Assembly (NCBI GenBank): GCA_036172245.1
Contig: JAYWIR010000012.1
Location: 2,852,001-2,916,000 of the forward strand
Source: Raillietiella orientalis
Lineage: Eukaryota
DNA: 64,000 nucleotides
Reading direction: 5' to 3'
The notes below the pieces were generated by a model that worked only from the letters and a program-made list of their open reading frames with translations, had not been told where the DNA came from and made no database searches. Below are positions 1-12,862 of this stretch, in pieces (the stretch's first letter is position 1; each line of letters opens with the position of its first letter). Position numbers and translations under genes: made by a program.

Positions 1-1041
1 AAGGGATGACCTCTTAGACGTAGGTTTTCTTAAAGCTGATGTTCCTATTTGTGAAATATATCATAGATTTCTTCTTGATACCTACAAACTGAATTTGACT
101 CATATCTGTTTAATTTATTTGACAATAAGATGTTGAATTCAAAGAGATGAGAAAAAACTTTAAATCTCTTAAATATGATTATATTTGACACCAAAGTTGG
201 AATATTTGTCGGTAGGAATCATTACATCTGTGTATGACGTGAGAATGCCTTTCATGAACCTATTTTTCCATTGACTACTACATTGAAGGATCTCTACTTG
301 GTTCAAGTTCTAAATTACTACTAGTATTCTAAAAAATTCCATTCTGAAATGTTCCATTGCATATTTCTCACCCTTATTGTTCACTCATAGGATTTCAGGG
401 TGAATCATACGGTAATGTCAGAGTGTTAGTTGTATGAAAACTGGATTAATCCTTTAATGGGATTGAATTCAGGCTTCAGGAATTCTAAAAGTTCCAGGTT
501 TCCTTAATTTCAACGTGATGACGGATTGAATGGAAGCAGTGGTACGTTTTGAAGTATTAGAAGCTTGTCTGCATTTTCAATATGTACTGAATGAAATTAG
601 CATACTTAAATAAAAAGCTTGGGAAGGATATCAAGGGTTTTATTGATTGATTTTTATTTGAAATAATCTCTTGTCCATAATAAGTGATTGTATAGATTTA
701 TTTTCTTTCTTCTTTGGTTTCAAAGTCATATTTTGATATGATGATTTTTCTAAAGTTCAAATATCAAACTATGCATACTTTGGTATGGAGCTTTAGTTTA
801 CAGTCGTCATAAATTGTGCTTTCAAAATAAATACATATTGGAAACATACCAGAAAAGATTAATTTAAATGGAAACTGCATCATTTTTTTTCCTGAATCTT
901 CGTAGATGAAAGTTGCTTCATAGTAAGGAATATCACATATGGAAATATTCTTCATGTTTTTAAGGGAATAATGATGGGATTCTAGATGAAGAGAAATTCT
1001 AGTGAGTTTATACCCGTTGTCATGAAAACTAAGAAATCGAG

Positions 1042-3101
1042 TCATGGATTTTGTTGCAAGTACATGGCTCTGTACTGTTGCCACAAGTAATGATCCATAG
1101 GAGTGAAGGGATTTGACAGGTTCCAACCATTAGCACTCTGAATCCCGTTGAAATGAGGGTTACACAAGTATCCATTGTAATGAGCATATGGATTGACTAA
1201 AGAAAAATTGTACGGCATGGCTGAAGATGGACTCATTGCGCTGCCAGAATTTTCCTTCTTTTTCCTATGTCTCACATTTTGGGAGCGGAGTAACTTGTGC
1301 TTATTCAATTCGGTCTCATTGGCTTTCTGAACAAGTTGTGACACCAATGGATAATAGGTGTATTTGTTTCCATATGTCGACGTCGATAAATCTGTCAGTG
1401 TGATCATGTTCGTTTCCAATTCATTGTTTGGCGGTGCCATATCTTCATTCTGAGTTTGAAATGTCTGAAATCAGATAAACGTCCCAAGTCCCCAGTTTAG
1501 TGAAATTTCGGTTGATACCGATGCCTTGCCGAATGATTCTTCGCCATGAGCTGCGTTTTTTTGGGGGATGTTTTCTTTCCTCATTCTACTGTTACCGATG
1601 ACACTTGTGTTACGATTCTTCTTCTTCTCCTTATCATCCTCGCTTCCGTTTATCTGGTAAGCGTTTTCAGCTTCAGTAGGTTCGAAGCTGCTGAATTCTT
1701 GGCTGAAACTGAGATCTTGACATGGCTGCGAAGATCTTTGTACTTTTGATCTCGGTGTGCAAGTACCTTAGGTTGCATCCCAGATCGGAGGATTCGTCCT
1801 GAGTGACGCATGAGAACGTAGGGGAAATCGTAGGGTCCAAAACTGCAGCCACGTCTGAATTTTGCATTCCCGACACGAAGTTGCAACAGAGGAGCGACGA
1901 CATTTTTTTCGAAGGCGCGTCGTATCCTGTAGTTGCTCTTTTAGGGTCATCATCATTGTACACTTGCAATTCTGAGCTCTCAGGGAATATGAGTGTGTGT
2001 TTCGGCACGGCATTGCTCATGTACATTTTATTCTCATCGGAGAACGTTTCGTAGCCACACAGCCCGAAGTATCCTATCAGAGTGTGATATTTCAACCTTT
2101 CCACAATGTGCATTACCATTGGGAAACGCTGCGTTTTCCAAACACCTAATGTTGTCTGTGTGTTTTTTCCTCTTTGCTTTGCGTATCACGTTCTTCTTTC
2201 CATTTCGGAAAGAGAACTGTCACAATTGAAATCACAAAAAAAAAAACATGAATTAAACGACTTTTACGTAAAAATAATCTGTCACAAAATTTAATTGCAG
2301 CATTCAGAAAAACATTGAATACCTGATACATATCTACAAATGATGTTTTCTGTCCTAGCCTTCGTGATCTGTTAAGGAAGAGGTCCTCACAATTTCTCAA
2401 GGGAGTAGGTTTCCTTGTGACCCTTGACAGCAGATCTGGACGATCTTTTTGAAAAAATTCATTTTGAAACTCATGGATTTCATTATGATCGATATTTTCG
2501 GCACAATTTACATTTTTTAGAATATTGTTGAGGGGTATTTTTTTAAAACCATATAGATTGAGCTGGCGTATAAAACTTGTTATGTGATTTGTTTTAAATA
2601 CTGGATTGGTGTGTGTTAGATAGTCTTGTTGAAACTTTTTGTAATCGAGATAGATGGATTTCCCATTATTTGTCCATCCAATAGCTCCTGTTTGGCACTC
2701 ATTCACAATTTTCCATAATTTTCGAGGGAATCTCATTGATGTTACAGTCACATCATCAATATTAGGCATGTCTCGTATATTACTCTCGTAGCATCCATTT
2801 AAAGATAATCGAGTCTCTTCAAGAAATCTTCTGTTCACTGTAAAATGGACTTTCACTATTACAAGTACCTAAGCTAAATGAGCTCACCTATTTGTGGAGC
2901 TTCCAGGGTATTATCATAATTCAAAAGATGATGAATTAAGCAAGTCCTACCTTTGCATTTGCAAAGTGCATTTTCATCTAATTCAAAATCAAAGATTTGC
3001 TGAGGATCAAGATTTTCAACATCTCTTTTCACACTCTGAGATATAAGATCTGTCTCTTTGTTAAGTGAAGATAGATTTAAAATATACTGCTTCTCTTCCA
3101 T
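1042..3101 (-). CDS. Heat shock factor DNA-binding-domain protein, HSF5/HSFY-like (spliced, ~597 aa)
   Basis: HSF DBD motif FPRKLWKIVNE...IGWTNNGKSI...FKTNHITSFIRQLNLYGFKKI...HEFQNEFFQKDRPDLLSRVTRK in ORF 2146..2856. GT-AG model with consistent phases: exons 3101-2888, 2855-2323, 2216-2117, 2073-1767, 1735-1519, 1464-1042 (1794 nt). The 1766-1736 intron is the least certain. Confidence 0.88.
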
Positions 3102-4149
3102 GAAAACTAAATTATATGAAGATGTGTTTGATACATGTTATGAATCCCTTTCTCTATTATAGGCCTTAACTTCAGTCTTCCGTTCATTTGAAAATATATT
3201 CTTAACTTTATCTAAAATAAATATTTTGAAAGTTTCAAAACTTCTATGTATTTGTCATGGAAAATCTATCATGTAATATTGTCATCATAGTTTAAATTTT
3301 TACAAGAAATTCTATAGAGCGTTGTAACGAGGAGAATTTATGACATGCAAGAAAAGAGCTTCTAGAAAAAAGCATGCGACAAATAAAACACGTGATACTA
3401 GCTGCAACAAAAAAATGAGGCTTTTTAATAATATTCAGAATCCTTTATATGTAGAGACATAATGATTCAAACTTCTATATTATTTGGAACTATTCAGAAT
3501 TTAATTTAACAAATGAATTCGATTCTTTGAATCCAAAGCGAATCATGGAAAAGGATATACAGCATTCTAGCACTTTCATGACATTTCTGGGATTTTTTTT
3601 CAAGGATATCATCTTCGCTTCTATTTACACCGAAGTCATTACTGCATAAAAGGTAAAACAGCTGTTGTTGTCATAGTTACTTTTGTTTCAGAATAACAAA
3701 CACGTTACATATTAAATTAGATTTAACGATATGTTTTTCTAAAAGTCGATTAATTCAACTCTGCAGACAAAGAAAATCTAAAAAAGATAGATAAATTAAG
3801 TTATTTCAGATACGATGCATCGATTGCAAGGAACACTGATTTAGATATTTTATGAAAAAATCCCAATTTTCACTTGTAATTAGTGAAACATTATCGGTTT
3901 CGTGAGAAATAAAGAAACTCAATCATTCAATTCTAAGACAAACCACATGGTACCTTGAAGACATTCGGGTTTATTGATGTTTTCAATTTTTAAAAATATC
4001 TAATATCGATTCCTTCTACAGATTAGCAATTCATGTTGATATCCTAACTGTCAAATCAATCTGTTTTTCGAATATTTCAAATAATTTATAGTAAAGAACT
4101 TTCAAAAGTATTCTTTCAAAGAATTTCGACTGCTGATTACCTTTTAGAT

Positions 4150-4870
4150 TGTGGTTTTTTTCCCCCACAGGATCCATCGTATATTTCGGAATCTGGATTC
4201 AGATCTTCCCGTTTACAGCCTTCCCTATAGATGTTCTGAAGCCATCCATTTTCTCTTGTCATGTTCTCATCAAATTACTTTTCGATTTCGTATTGCTAAA
4301 GCTTTAATGAAACTCATGCACATTATCTCTGGCATAAGCGGAAATTTTTCTGGCATACTGTCGATAAATTGTTTTCTTCTTGCTTATGATTCCATCTTGT
4401 TAGTAGATAGTCCACTGGTATCTTTGTAATCAGCTTTTCCATGTTTAATGAATCCTTCATTTTTGAATCGCTCACTGATGTATCTTCAATAAAACTGAAT
4501 TATCGTGAATTTTATTTTCCAAGTTTGCTTTCAAAGAGTGATACAGTCAGTATCAATTGCTTGCTTTAGAAGGAATGCTCTGTCTTGACGTTCTTCAATC
4601 GTTTGTTAATCCTGACTATACCCAAACTTTACGCCGTCTGCACTTTTGTTTTCTTTGATTTCTTTTAAAAATGCATGTTAGCAATGTCTGTTAAGCATTC
4701 CGGGTTCGTTATCTCAAACATTCAGAAGTTAGACCTGACTTTTTGGGTTCTACTTTATTATAGATTATGCGTTAGAATGGGGACCGGAGTTATTGTGGAA
4801 GAGCTTCCAGGTTTTCAAATCCTGCATTTTAATGCAGCAAAAGTAGTGCAGTCATCGAATTTGTAATAAC
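4150..4870 (-). mobile_element. Possible very decayed LINE remnant (ORF1-like)
   Basis: Minus-strand translation gives RI*KPGSSSTITPVPIL and KFGYSQD*QTIEERQDRAFLLK, loosely like LINE ORF1 RRM/C-terminal motifs; many stops. Confidence 0.25.
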
Positions 4871-5177
4871 AAGCCTAGAGATAGGGAGTCGCTTCTTACA
4901 AAGCATACAATAGGTTCAGTAACCTACATGCACTAGCAATAGAAAACTGCTGGAGAGTTAATGTGTTTCTCAATAAAGATAAATATGTAAAAATACGTTT
5001 TCATCGGAACATATTATTTTTTCTGCAACGAGCATTTGTAATTTCGGAATTTAAGAATATCATGATGTTTAAATCAAAAGTCTACCTTGCTCACGGGCAC
5101 TATCGCTGCCGCTGAACTTAAGGGAGGCGCGATTATTGCTAGTTGAAAACTCTACTATATCTATTGAATGAAACTTA

Positions 5178-5500
5178 TTGAAAAAAACGCCCAAGGATGG
5201 CTTTAAAGGCCTTAACAAAAATCCGAAGCTTTGTGATTTGGGCATATCCAGCCACATGAATAGGGTATCATCAATCAAGATCTTTTCCCAACCCAACTAC
5301 AAGTTGCAACAGGGTATTACTCTTCAAAAGCAGGTTGTAGAAGGTATGTGTCTGTATCCTTTCGGCTTAACATCCACTTGTTCAGTTTTGTTACCAATGT
5401 ACGATTCTGTTACGAGATGGATGTGTGAGGTGAGCCAGATAATGCCACCGTCACCTTTCTGAAGGAAGTGGTAGTGATGTCTGAACAGCTTTTGGAAAAA
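5178..5500 (+). mobile_element. Possible very decayed non-LTR reverse transcriptase fragment
   Basis: KLCDLGISSHMNRVSSIKIF...GITLQKQVVEGMCLYPF followed by EPDNATVTFL in another frame; order resembles RT motifs (KL..LG..., GVRQGCPLSP, YADD) but identity is weak. Confidence 0.3.
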
Positions 5501-8006
5501 ATGCTTCATTGACTACACTCATGAGATGAGGGTGGGGTGTTGCTAGGATCGTTCTCACGCAGGACTGTGAAATCACGAAGGAGTTTATTCGGGGTTCTGA
5601 TTTTAACATATACAAAAAAAGGAAAAAAAAATGTTTATTTATCCAGTCTGCATGGGTCGATTTATGATAAAGGACAAATGAAAAGATTATTTCCTGCAAA
5701 AAAATCAGGAACATGTAAAGGATATCGATATGCCATCTCCCTAACATGAGCTTGTTCAATATTTCTGGATCTTTCTGAAATCATGTTTGAAACAAACCTT
5801 CCGGAACTTTGTAAATATGCTTCAACAGCTAAAAAAGAGAAGGAAAAAAAAAGAGAGCTCATCGAATTGCATGTACCTATAAGATCAGTCAACCACTGAA
5901 TTTTTTCATCAAGAATATCGAAGAATCATCATTAAAAGGGAAACAGGAATACTCCGAAAGCAAAGTATCCAAAGATGCTTCACTCTTCACGGTTGCCTAG
6001 TCAACAAGTGACATCCCTTAAGGAGATGAAAGTCCTTCTTATTTGTGGTGGAAGCCTCCCCAAAGGCTTCTTTCAAGTCTCTTCTTAATTAGAGACAGAG
6101 CCGGGGGGGAAAACAGCAAGGGGAAAATAGGAGATTCAAATTATGGAACACAGCTCACGTCAACCTTCTTTCGGTTCCTTGCATTCTTCCAAAATATATC
6201 CTGAAAACTGTTTTTCTTATCCAGAAATGTTATTAAGCCTGTTCTTCAATTGAAATGCAATAACTCCACAACGACTGCTTCAATTCAATTCATTTTCATT
6301 CAGATTAGCGAATATCTGAAAATTGGGCGCAAGCGTACCCTTGATGTAAGAGAAGATCATAACTTCAGTTTCATAGATTCGTAGATTCCGATTTCAGTTT
6401 TCAGTTCATTTCCAACATGTTCAGCTAAGCCTGCGTTTTCTCAGTTCACGCGTTTGGAATCGAAGGAACACGTCGTTCGAAGAACTGACTTTGAGCTTTC
6501 CTGGGAATTCATACGGACCCGGGCTTAGAAAACCCGTTTTCAGATTAACAGGTGGAAAAGCAGCCTACAAATTCCCGGAGTGTTAGAATTCCCTCCTAGA
6601 AAAAGCAAAGTTACAAAGAATTTTTGGCAGAGACACGCTTTAGCCAAACATATAACCAAATTAACATATGCATTTGTAACTTGTGGGGCTTCACGAAGAA
6701 GTGCACTAAAGAAGATCTGATAAAAAAGCATTGCCAGGATTTCTGACGCAGACGTCACGCGTTTCCTCTCTTCTTATTTACTGACTTTTATCTGCCTGTT
6801 TCGTCGCCTTCATTTCATCTCTCTGCTTGATGCAACACAGAACAGTGCTCCAGAATCTTCAGGTTAGTGTGAGGACACTGCCGGTCGCTCAAAGACGAAT
6901 CCATGGAGACGACACGCAACACTTACAAAACCACGTCGTTCAATCTGAGGCGCTGCAGCCAAAATTATGTATCGCTGTCGTATTTTCAAAGATTTTAGGA
7001 TGCCATACAAAAAAAAAAAAAACTCTTCTTGACTTTTCGCCAGCCTTTTTTCAAACAAGACAGGAACGTCTTCCTGTGAGGAGGAAACTGAACCTTGAAT
7101 CCAGTGCTCCGATAGCGACCACGGGTTCACCTAACAAAATCCAAGATCATCTGCTTTTATTAGGCTGTTTGATAAAATTGTGTACTCTGCTTTCAAGCCG
7201 CGTGTTCGATTCTCGACTCACAATTTAGGTTTCCCTGATCGTTGTGCGTACTGTCGGATAGCCCCCAGGACGGTCCCCCCCACCCCAAAACTAAAATTCC
7301 AGGAACGAAAGGTGCCGAGGGAACAAAACAAATACGCAAACGGTTCTATAGGTTTGCTCGGTATATCCTCCAAAAGTAGCCAAGAAAAGTTGAGAATCAA
7401 AATTGAAAAACAAAAAACAATTTTTTTAAAAAACAAAAACAAAAACATCCGTCCAGTAGGGTTACAGCCGAGCTCTTAATTTTTCAGATAGAAACTTTGG
7501 TTTAGAATCTAAATAACTTAAGAGTACCCCCTACATGCTTACAGGACATTAAGCCATCTTTCTAAAAGTTTCAGTTCGTCGCTCATGGAACCTATTGCGG
7601 TCCTGGTAGGATTTGGTCACCACAAAGCAGATCCACTATTCCCAACTTCACATGTTGACGCAACAGTGGGGGAGCTCACTAATGGGGCGTACAACCCCTC
7701 TGCCGCTTCCTAAGGCTCCAGTTTGCAGAAGATCAAGTTGCTTTAGAGATATTTGATCGATTATTCGTATAAAGTTTGCATTTCTGCTTTACCTTATCCT
7801 GCAGCAGTTTAGAAGCAGTCTTTTCTCCTGCAATATTTTTGGAAATCGGTTGTCCAGAAATGTCCTCCAATTCCAAGGGAGCAAATGCAAATCTCTCAGA
7901 AATCTTTTTGATCATCAAATAGTATGGCAAAATGAACTTGCCATGTGAGATGCTACTTCAAAAAATTCCAAATTTTATTGGAAAAATAATGATGATCTTC
8001 CCACAA

Positions 8007-8185
8007 GCCCACAAGAACACACCACTTGAGCTGCTGCCAGTGCGAGAACAGGGATTTAAAGTACAGCCAAAAAGATGGGTTGTCGAAAGGACTTTTGCTT
8101 GGATCAACAGAAACGGAAGGCTGTCAAAGGACCATGATCCGTTTCCAACATCCACTGAAAATTTCATATAGGAAATGAAATGATT
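8007..8185 (+). pseudogene. Bacterial IS5-family (IS1031 group, ISWpi1-like) transposase C-terminal remnant
   Basis: HKNTPLELLPVREQGFKVQPKRWVVERTFAWINRNGRLSKDHDPFPTSTENFI* matches the IS5/IS1031 C-terminal signature GF.V.P.RWVVERTFAW..R.RRLSK..D; truncated, ends in a premature stop. Confidence 0.85.
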
Positions 8186-9151
8186 ACATATCACTGCTGC
8201 TTACATATTAGCATCGCCACTTCTTTGGTTAAGAATAGAATCTTGTCTTTCCTCTATTATGCTTGTAATTGAACTGAGAGTTAGTATGCTGAAGCCTTTC
8301 CATGAAATATTTTTGTTCGTAGAAAGACTTCAGATTAACAGGATTTCAACTTTTATATTACAAGCAAACATTAATGATCATTGATTCACCTCTGTTTTCA
8401 GTATCATGTAGAGCCTAGAAATCTTGTCTAAAGCCCATCATTGATTTTTTTGTCGCACGAATTTCACCTTCTGCTTATAACTCCATTCTCCTAGTTTGAA
8501 AAAATGGTGTACGGTCTGATGCACTTTTTCAGTAAATCAGCGTCGTAGTCTCTCAAATTGACTTACAGAAAGCCTCCGGAACAACCGCAAGTGGGCATTT
8601 TGTTACAGCAGGCCGCATTTCGTTTCCAGAAATCGGTGACCTGTCTCAGTCTTTAGGAAACATGCTACAAGTCAATCTTGGACACAACAAATGCTGACCG
8701 CTTAAATTTAAAATCTATAACCGCCAGCTTCACTCTTGGTTTCTCTCTCTCCCTCTTTTTTTGTATGTTGTATGAATTTCCTTTAATTTTAGTGGTGGAA
8801 CTACTGAATGAGTTATCTTCAGTTACAGGTAATCGGGATGTGTGGAAAGGGAAATAAATAGACAAAAATTTCATTCCAACAAAAAGTCCTTTTTGTTGAA
8901 ATAGCAATTCAATTCATCAAACATTAAGCAAAAAAAATATATATATATATAGGGGGGAAGCAAAATAGAGTTCCAGATAGAATTTTAGCTAGGAATTATC
9001 TCTCATTTGGATCAAAGTTCCAGATTTCCTAAATGTGGTTATTTGCAATTGGTTTTCTCAAGGAAATTACATATGCTCTTTATGTTTGGGTTTAACATTC
9101 ACTCCTTTTGTAGTTCTGACAATGTGAATTACAAACGATGAAAAAGAATTG

Positions 9152-9257
9152 AAATTTGTCATACATCAGTCATACGAACAACAAATTTACATATTTAAAT
9201 TTGTTATACATCAGTCATACGAACAACAAATTTGCATATTTAAATTTATTATACATA
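9152..9257. repeat. 45-bp tandem repeat, ~2.3 copies
   Basis: Unit aaatttgt(c/t)atacatcagtcatacgaacaacaaattt(a/g)catattt starts at 9152, 9197 and (partially) 9242. Confidence 0.9.
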
Positions 9258-9389
9258 CATATATTTCATGCATCAGTAAAAAAAAAAATAATTCAAGAAA
9301 ATAAGTAAAAAACTAATTTAAAAGGCTTCCAAGATACTACTAATCTTTCTGAATTAATTGTCTACCGTCATGTCTAATTAGAAGTGCGT

Positions 9390-10092
9390 CTGCATCTATT
9401 TTCTTGCACGTACTTGTTCATTTCAGTACAAGATTGTGTACAGTAATGCGGAGTTGTGATTTGCATGTGCATGCCCACTCCTATTTTTCCATGTTGTAAT
9501 GGTCGGTTTGGGGAAAACTCTTTCGTCCAATAGTCCAAAACCGAGCATACATTTTTACATGCATGCCATTTTATGAAGGACCTTTTTGCAGGAACGCACA
9601 AATGAAATTTTTGCATCTCCGAAATAAGAGTCGATGAAATCAGCTGCCATCTCTTCAGTTCTGTCATATACATTTCTTCGAGGCAAATTAGCATTCTCGA
9701 ACATCTGTTTGGGCTTAGTATCTTGAAAGGCATTCTTTAACGAACTTGCTTTCAAGTATGTTTTAAGATGTTTAGCAATCACCTCAGCATCCAAACTACA
9801 CACCGGGTTGTGGTTTCCAATCCAGTGTTGTCAGTAACTGCTGTGGCCAGAGTTGACTTAACCCACACGCGTTACCTATTGACCTCACCAGTGATATGTT
9901 TGGGCTCCTTGCTTTGTGGTGAAATACCTCCACATCTTACAGTTTTTCATAGCTGAAACCCATTCACGGTGAATTCAAGGACATAAAGCTTTGTCCTTCT
10001 ATGAAGAAAAATTCTCGGGTACATGACCCACAAATGCCTTTTCTTTTTAACTCTTCAGAGGACACTATTTGCAATTTATTAGAAACCGCCAT
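9390..10092 (-). pseudogene. Unidentified decayed coding-like frame
   Basis: The frame of ORF 9555..9803 extends both ways to ~230 codons with only four internal stops in AT-rich DNA (WRFLINCK...GICGSCTREFFF...AADFIDSYFGDAK...); no family recognised. Confidence 0.35.
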
Positions 10093-11435
10093 ACTAAAAA
10101 TGCAAACGTATTGAAGTGCAGCTCTTAGACATGCTTTAAACTAATAGCTCCCCTCGAAACTAAAAATCTGTCTATTGGCGACCCTATAACCAGAAAACGT
10201 TCGCAATGAATTTTTATTCTTTACTTTTCAATCTATGAGAAATTGCATTTATATCAGCGGATCTCATGATGGGGTTGTGAATTCCAGATTAAAGGTTTCA
10301 CGAGTTTCACGACAGGACTCTACAGACCTCAGGCAGCCTGCGTCTTCTCTAGAAGCTTCCCTGTTAATCAAGGCAGTAACTATATAACTAAAGATATTTT
10401 TGACTATATAGTTTTATTATTTTTGTATTTCTAAGATAATACGCAAACATTTTATCATACTCCGTACACATGTAAAGTTCTGGTTTAAGGTAATTGAAAA
10501 TTAGCAACCGTAATAAGGTAATCATCTTTTGTGTGGAATTCATCACTTGTTTGATTTTCAATGGTCAGCAAAGGTTTATTTAATTCGGTCGAGATACTGA
10601 CTTGATGGCGATTATAGACCTTTTCTATACTTTGAAAGCTACAAAAATCTAAAATACGAAATCGTGCAGATAATTGCAATGCTGTGTGAGCAATGAGTAG
10701 CAGGAATTGGATTGTAGAGTTTGAAATTGATTTAAAAGGATTTTTCTTCATTTGAACAGAAACCAAAGTTCCATTTTGTTTGATTGGTTAGTATCATACC
10801 ATATCTGACCACATATATTCAAGAAATTTGAATTAAAAAGGAAAAAAAAAAAATACAATACGAAGTTACAGATCACTGCAATTCATGACGAAGCTGATAT
10901 CAGTTTTTTCTCAGCAAATTTGAGTGAAATGTTATCATACAAAACACCTCTTGGAAACCCTAGCTATTTTCAAAAGCTTAATATTTTAGGAACAAGAAAT
11001 TTCGAAATTATAACCTCGCTGGACCTCAGACTTAGAGATATCGAAGAGCAGTTTTAAATTAATCAAATGCTTAGAAGATTCAATGACACTTATCAAGTAT
11101 TCAGTAAAAGTTTATGTTTTTTCTGGATCTTTCATCCTGGTTCACTTACAGCACACCGAACTTTGGGCGTTCAAGGTTGCTGAAATTATTCGTGGTGGTC
11201 GATTAAAAAATATAAAATATCGTGTTTTCTACCTCCATTCAACACTTCCTTTAATTTTTATTTTCTTTATTTCATTACATGAATCTCATCTCCAAAAAGG
11301 CTACGAACAGTAAAAAAAGGCTTCTTTCCAGAAGTTTCCACCTTTTTCTAAGCTTCGAGGATGTAAGTCAAATAAGAATGCGTTTTAGGCAAGGTAAGCG
11401 TGCATCTTCTATGAAACGAGGATTAGGCGTTGACG

Positions 11436-12832
11436 ATGGGCAAGCAAGAAGAGGTAATACATTTGTTGGTTCTCAGTTGCCTTTACCATTTTGCTTAAAT
11501 TACCTATCAGTTCTTTTTGTGTGTTCATTACGGATTGACTTATTAAACTAATCCTATTTTTTCGAGTATTACGTTTCCATCAAAGTAAAGAGCTAGTTGA
11601 AAGAATCATTTCCTCATCACCAAACTGCTTTTACAGTGTGGTTATTTTCACCTTTAAGTTCCTTAAAAGTATGTGCACGCTAGTATCCAATGGAATTGTG
11701 TCCTCTGTGATGGACACATACGTCCCGCCCTTTCGAGTGTAATTTTCTTGCACCTGAGTTATATGGGATTTCCTTAATAACCTGTATTGCTAAATATAAT
11801 GGAACTGCAAATGTTCTGGGCATGTTTTCATTTTCTGCTTTATTGGTTTCTGTGTATTTTAAAGGATTCAAAAGGAACTTTCAGGCTGTTGTTTTTTTAT
11901 TCCGTTGGTTTCCATTATTTTCAACCTGAGCAACCAACATTTGTTAAAGATTGGGTGTTCGAAAAAACTCAGCTCTGTAGTTTTAAATGATAATATCAGT
12001 GGCCCCAGAATTCGTCTTTAGTGCGTTTTTATTAGCTTTTAGCCTGATTATTTTTTAGTTGCAAGCAGACTTGAATGAGTGTCAGCAGTTGCTACAGTCA
12101 GCACATCGACTGCATGTCAGGGAGTTTCTCCAAAGTAAAATCACTAGCTTGAAATCAGAATTGGATGCTCTTCGCCTTGTTAATGTACATTCTCGACCAT
12201 CAAATAAGCCTAGCTGCTACACTGTTAAGATCAGCAGCTATGGTGAGTCCATGTGTATTCTGTACTTACCACTAGGATGCTGTAGATTGGGATCAATCCA
12301 ACCAGTATTTGAAAATTTATGTTACTCTCAAAGGAGTTCAGGAACTTCCTCCTGAACAGGTGAAATGCACATTTCAACCCAGGTAAAAACTATCAAAAGA
12401 TTAGCATAATTATTTGAAAGCAGTTCATTTGACTTACGTGTTGATGGATTGGATGGCAAAAATTATGAGCTTACAATTGATAATCTGCTCCATCCTATTC
12501 ATACTGAAGATAATCACAGTTATGTCAAGGTTTTGAAAGGTATGTGAATCATGTGAGGATGTTTTAATGAAAAACTAGACAAGATACTTGTATGCCTGGA
12601 AAAAGTAGTGCAGCAGAACTGGTCACATATAACCAGTACTGAAAAAAAGATGCAAGAAAACAAGCACAAAACTCCCAAATTCAAAGAAGGGGATGATCCT
12701 GGAGCCAGTTTAATGCAACTCATGCGCCAGATGTACGATGAAGGCAATGATGAGATGAAGCGCACTATTTCCAAGGCTTATTATGAAAGTAGAGAGAAGC
12801 AGTTAAGAGGAGATTCACCAATGGACTTTTAA
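11436..12832 (+). CDS. CACYBP: Calcyclin-binding protein / Siah-interacting protein (Siah-binding, CS and SGS domains)
   Basis: Exons 11436-11453, 12059-12242, 12286-12382, 12424-12539, 12579-12832 give MGKQEELQADLNECQQLL...YTVKISSYDWDQSNQYLKIYVTL...DPGASLMQLMRQMYDEGNDEMKRTISKAYYESREK; all introns GT-AG and in phase. Confidence 0.93.
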
Positions 12833-12862
12833 AAAATCTTTGAAGTCTTTATTGAATTTGGG

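Noticed and set aside
764..1126. 120-aa ORF overlapping the HSF 3' end
   Set aside because: No recognisable domain; no supported gene model could be built.
7733..7930. NIAGEKTASKLLQ resembling the helix-hairpin-helix motif of 5'-3' exonucleases, next to the IS5 remnant
   Set aside because: Match is only about 10 residues with no supporting flanks; may be chance.
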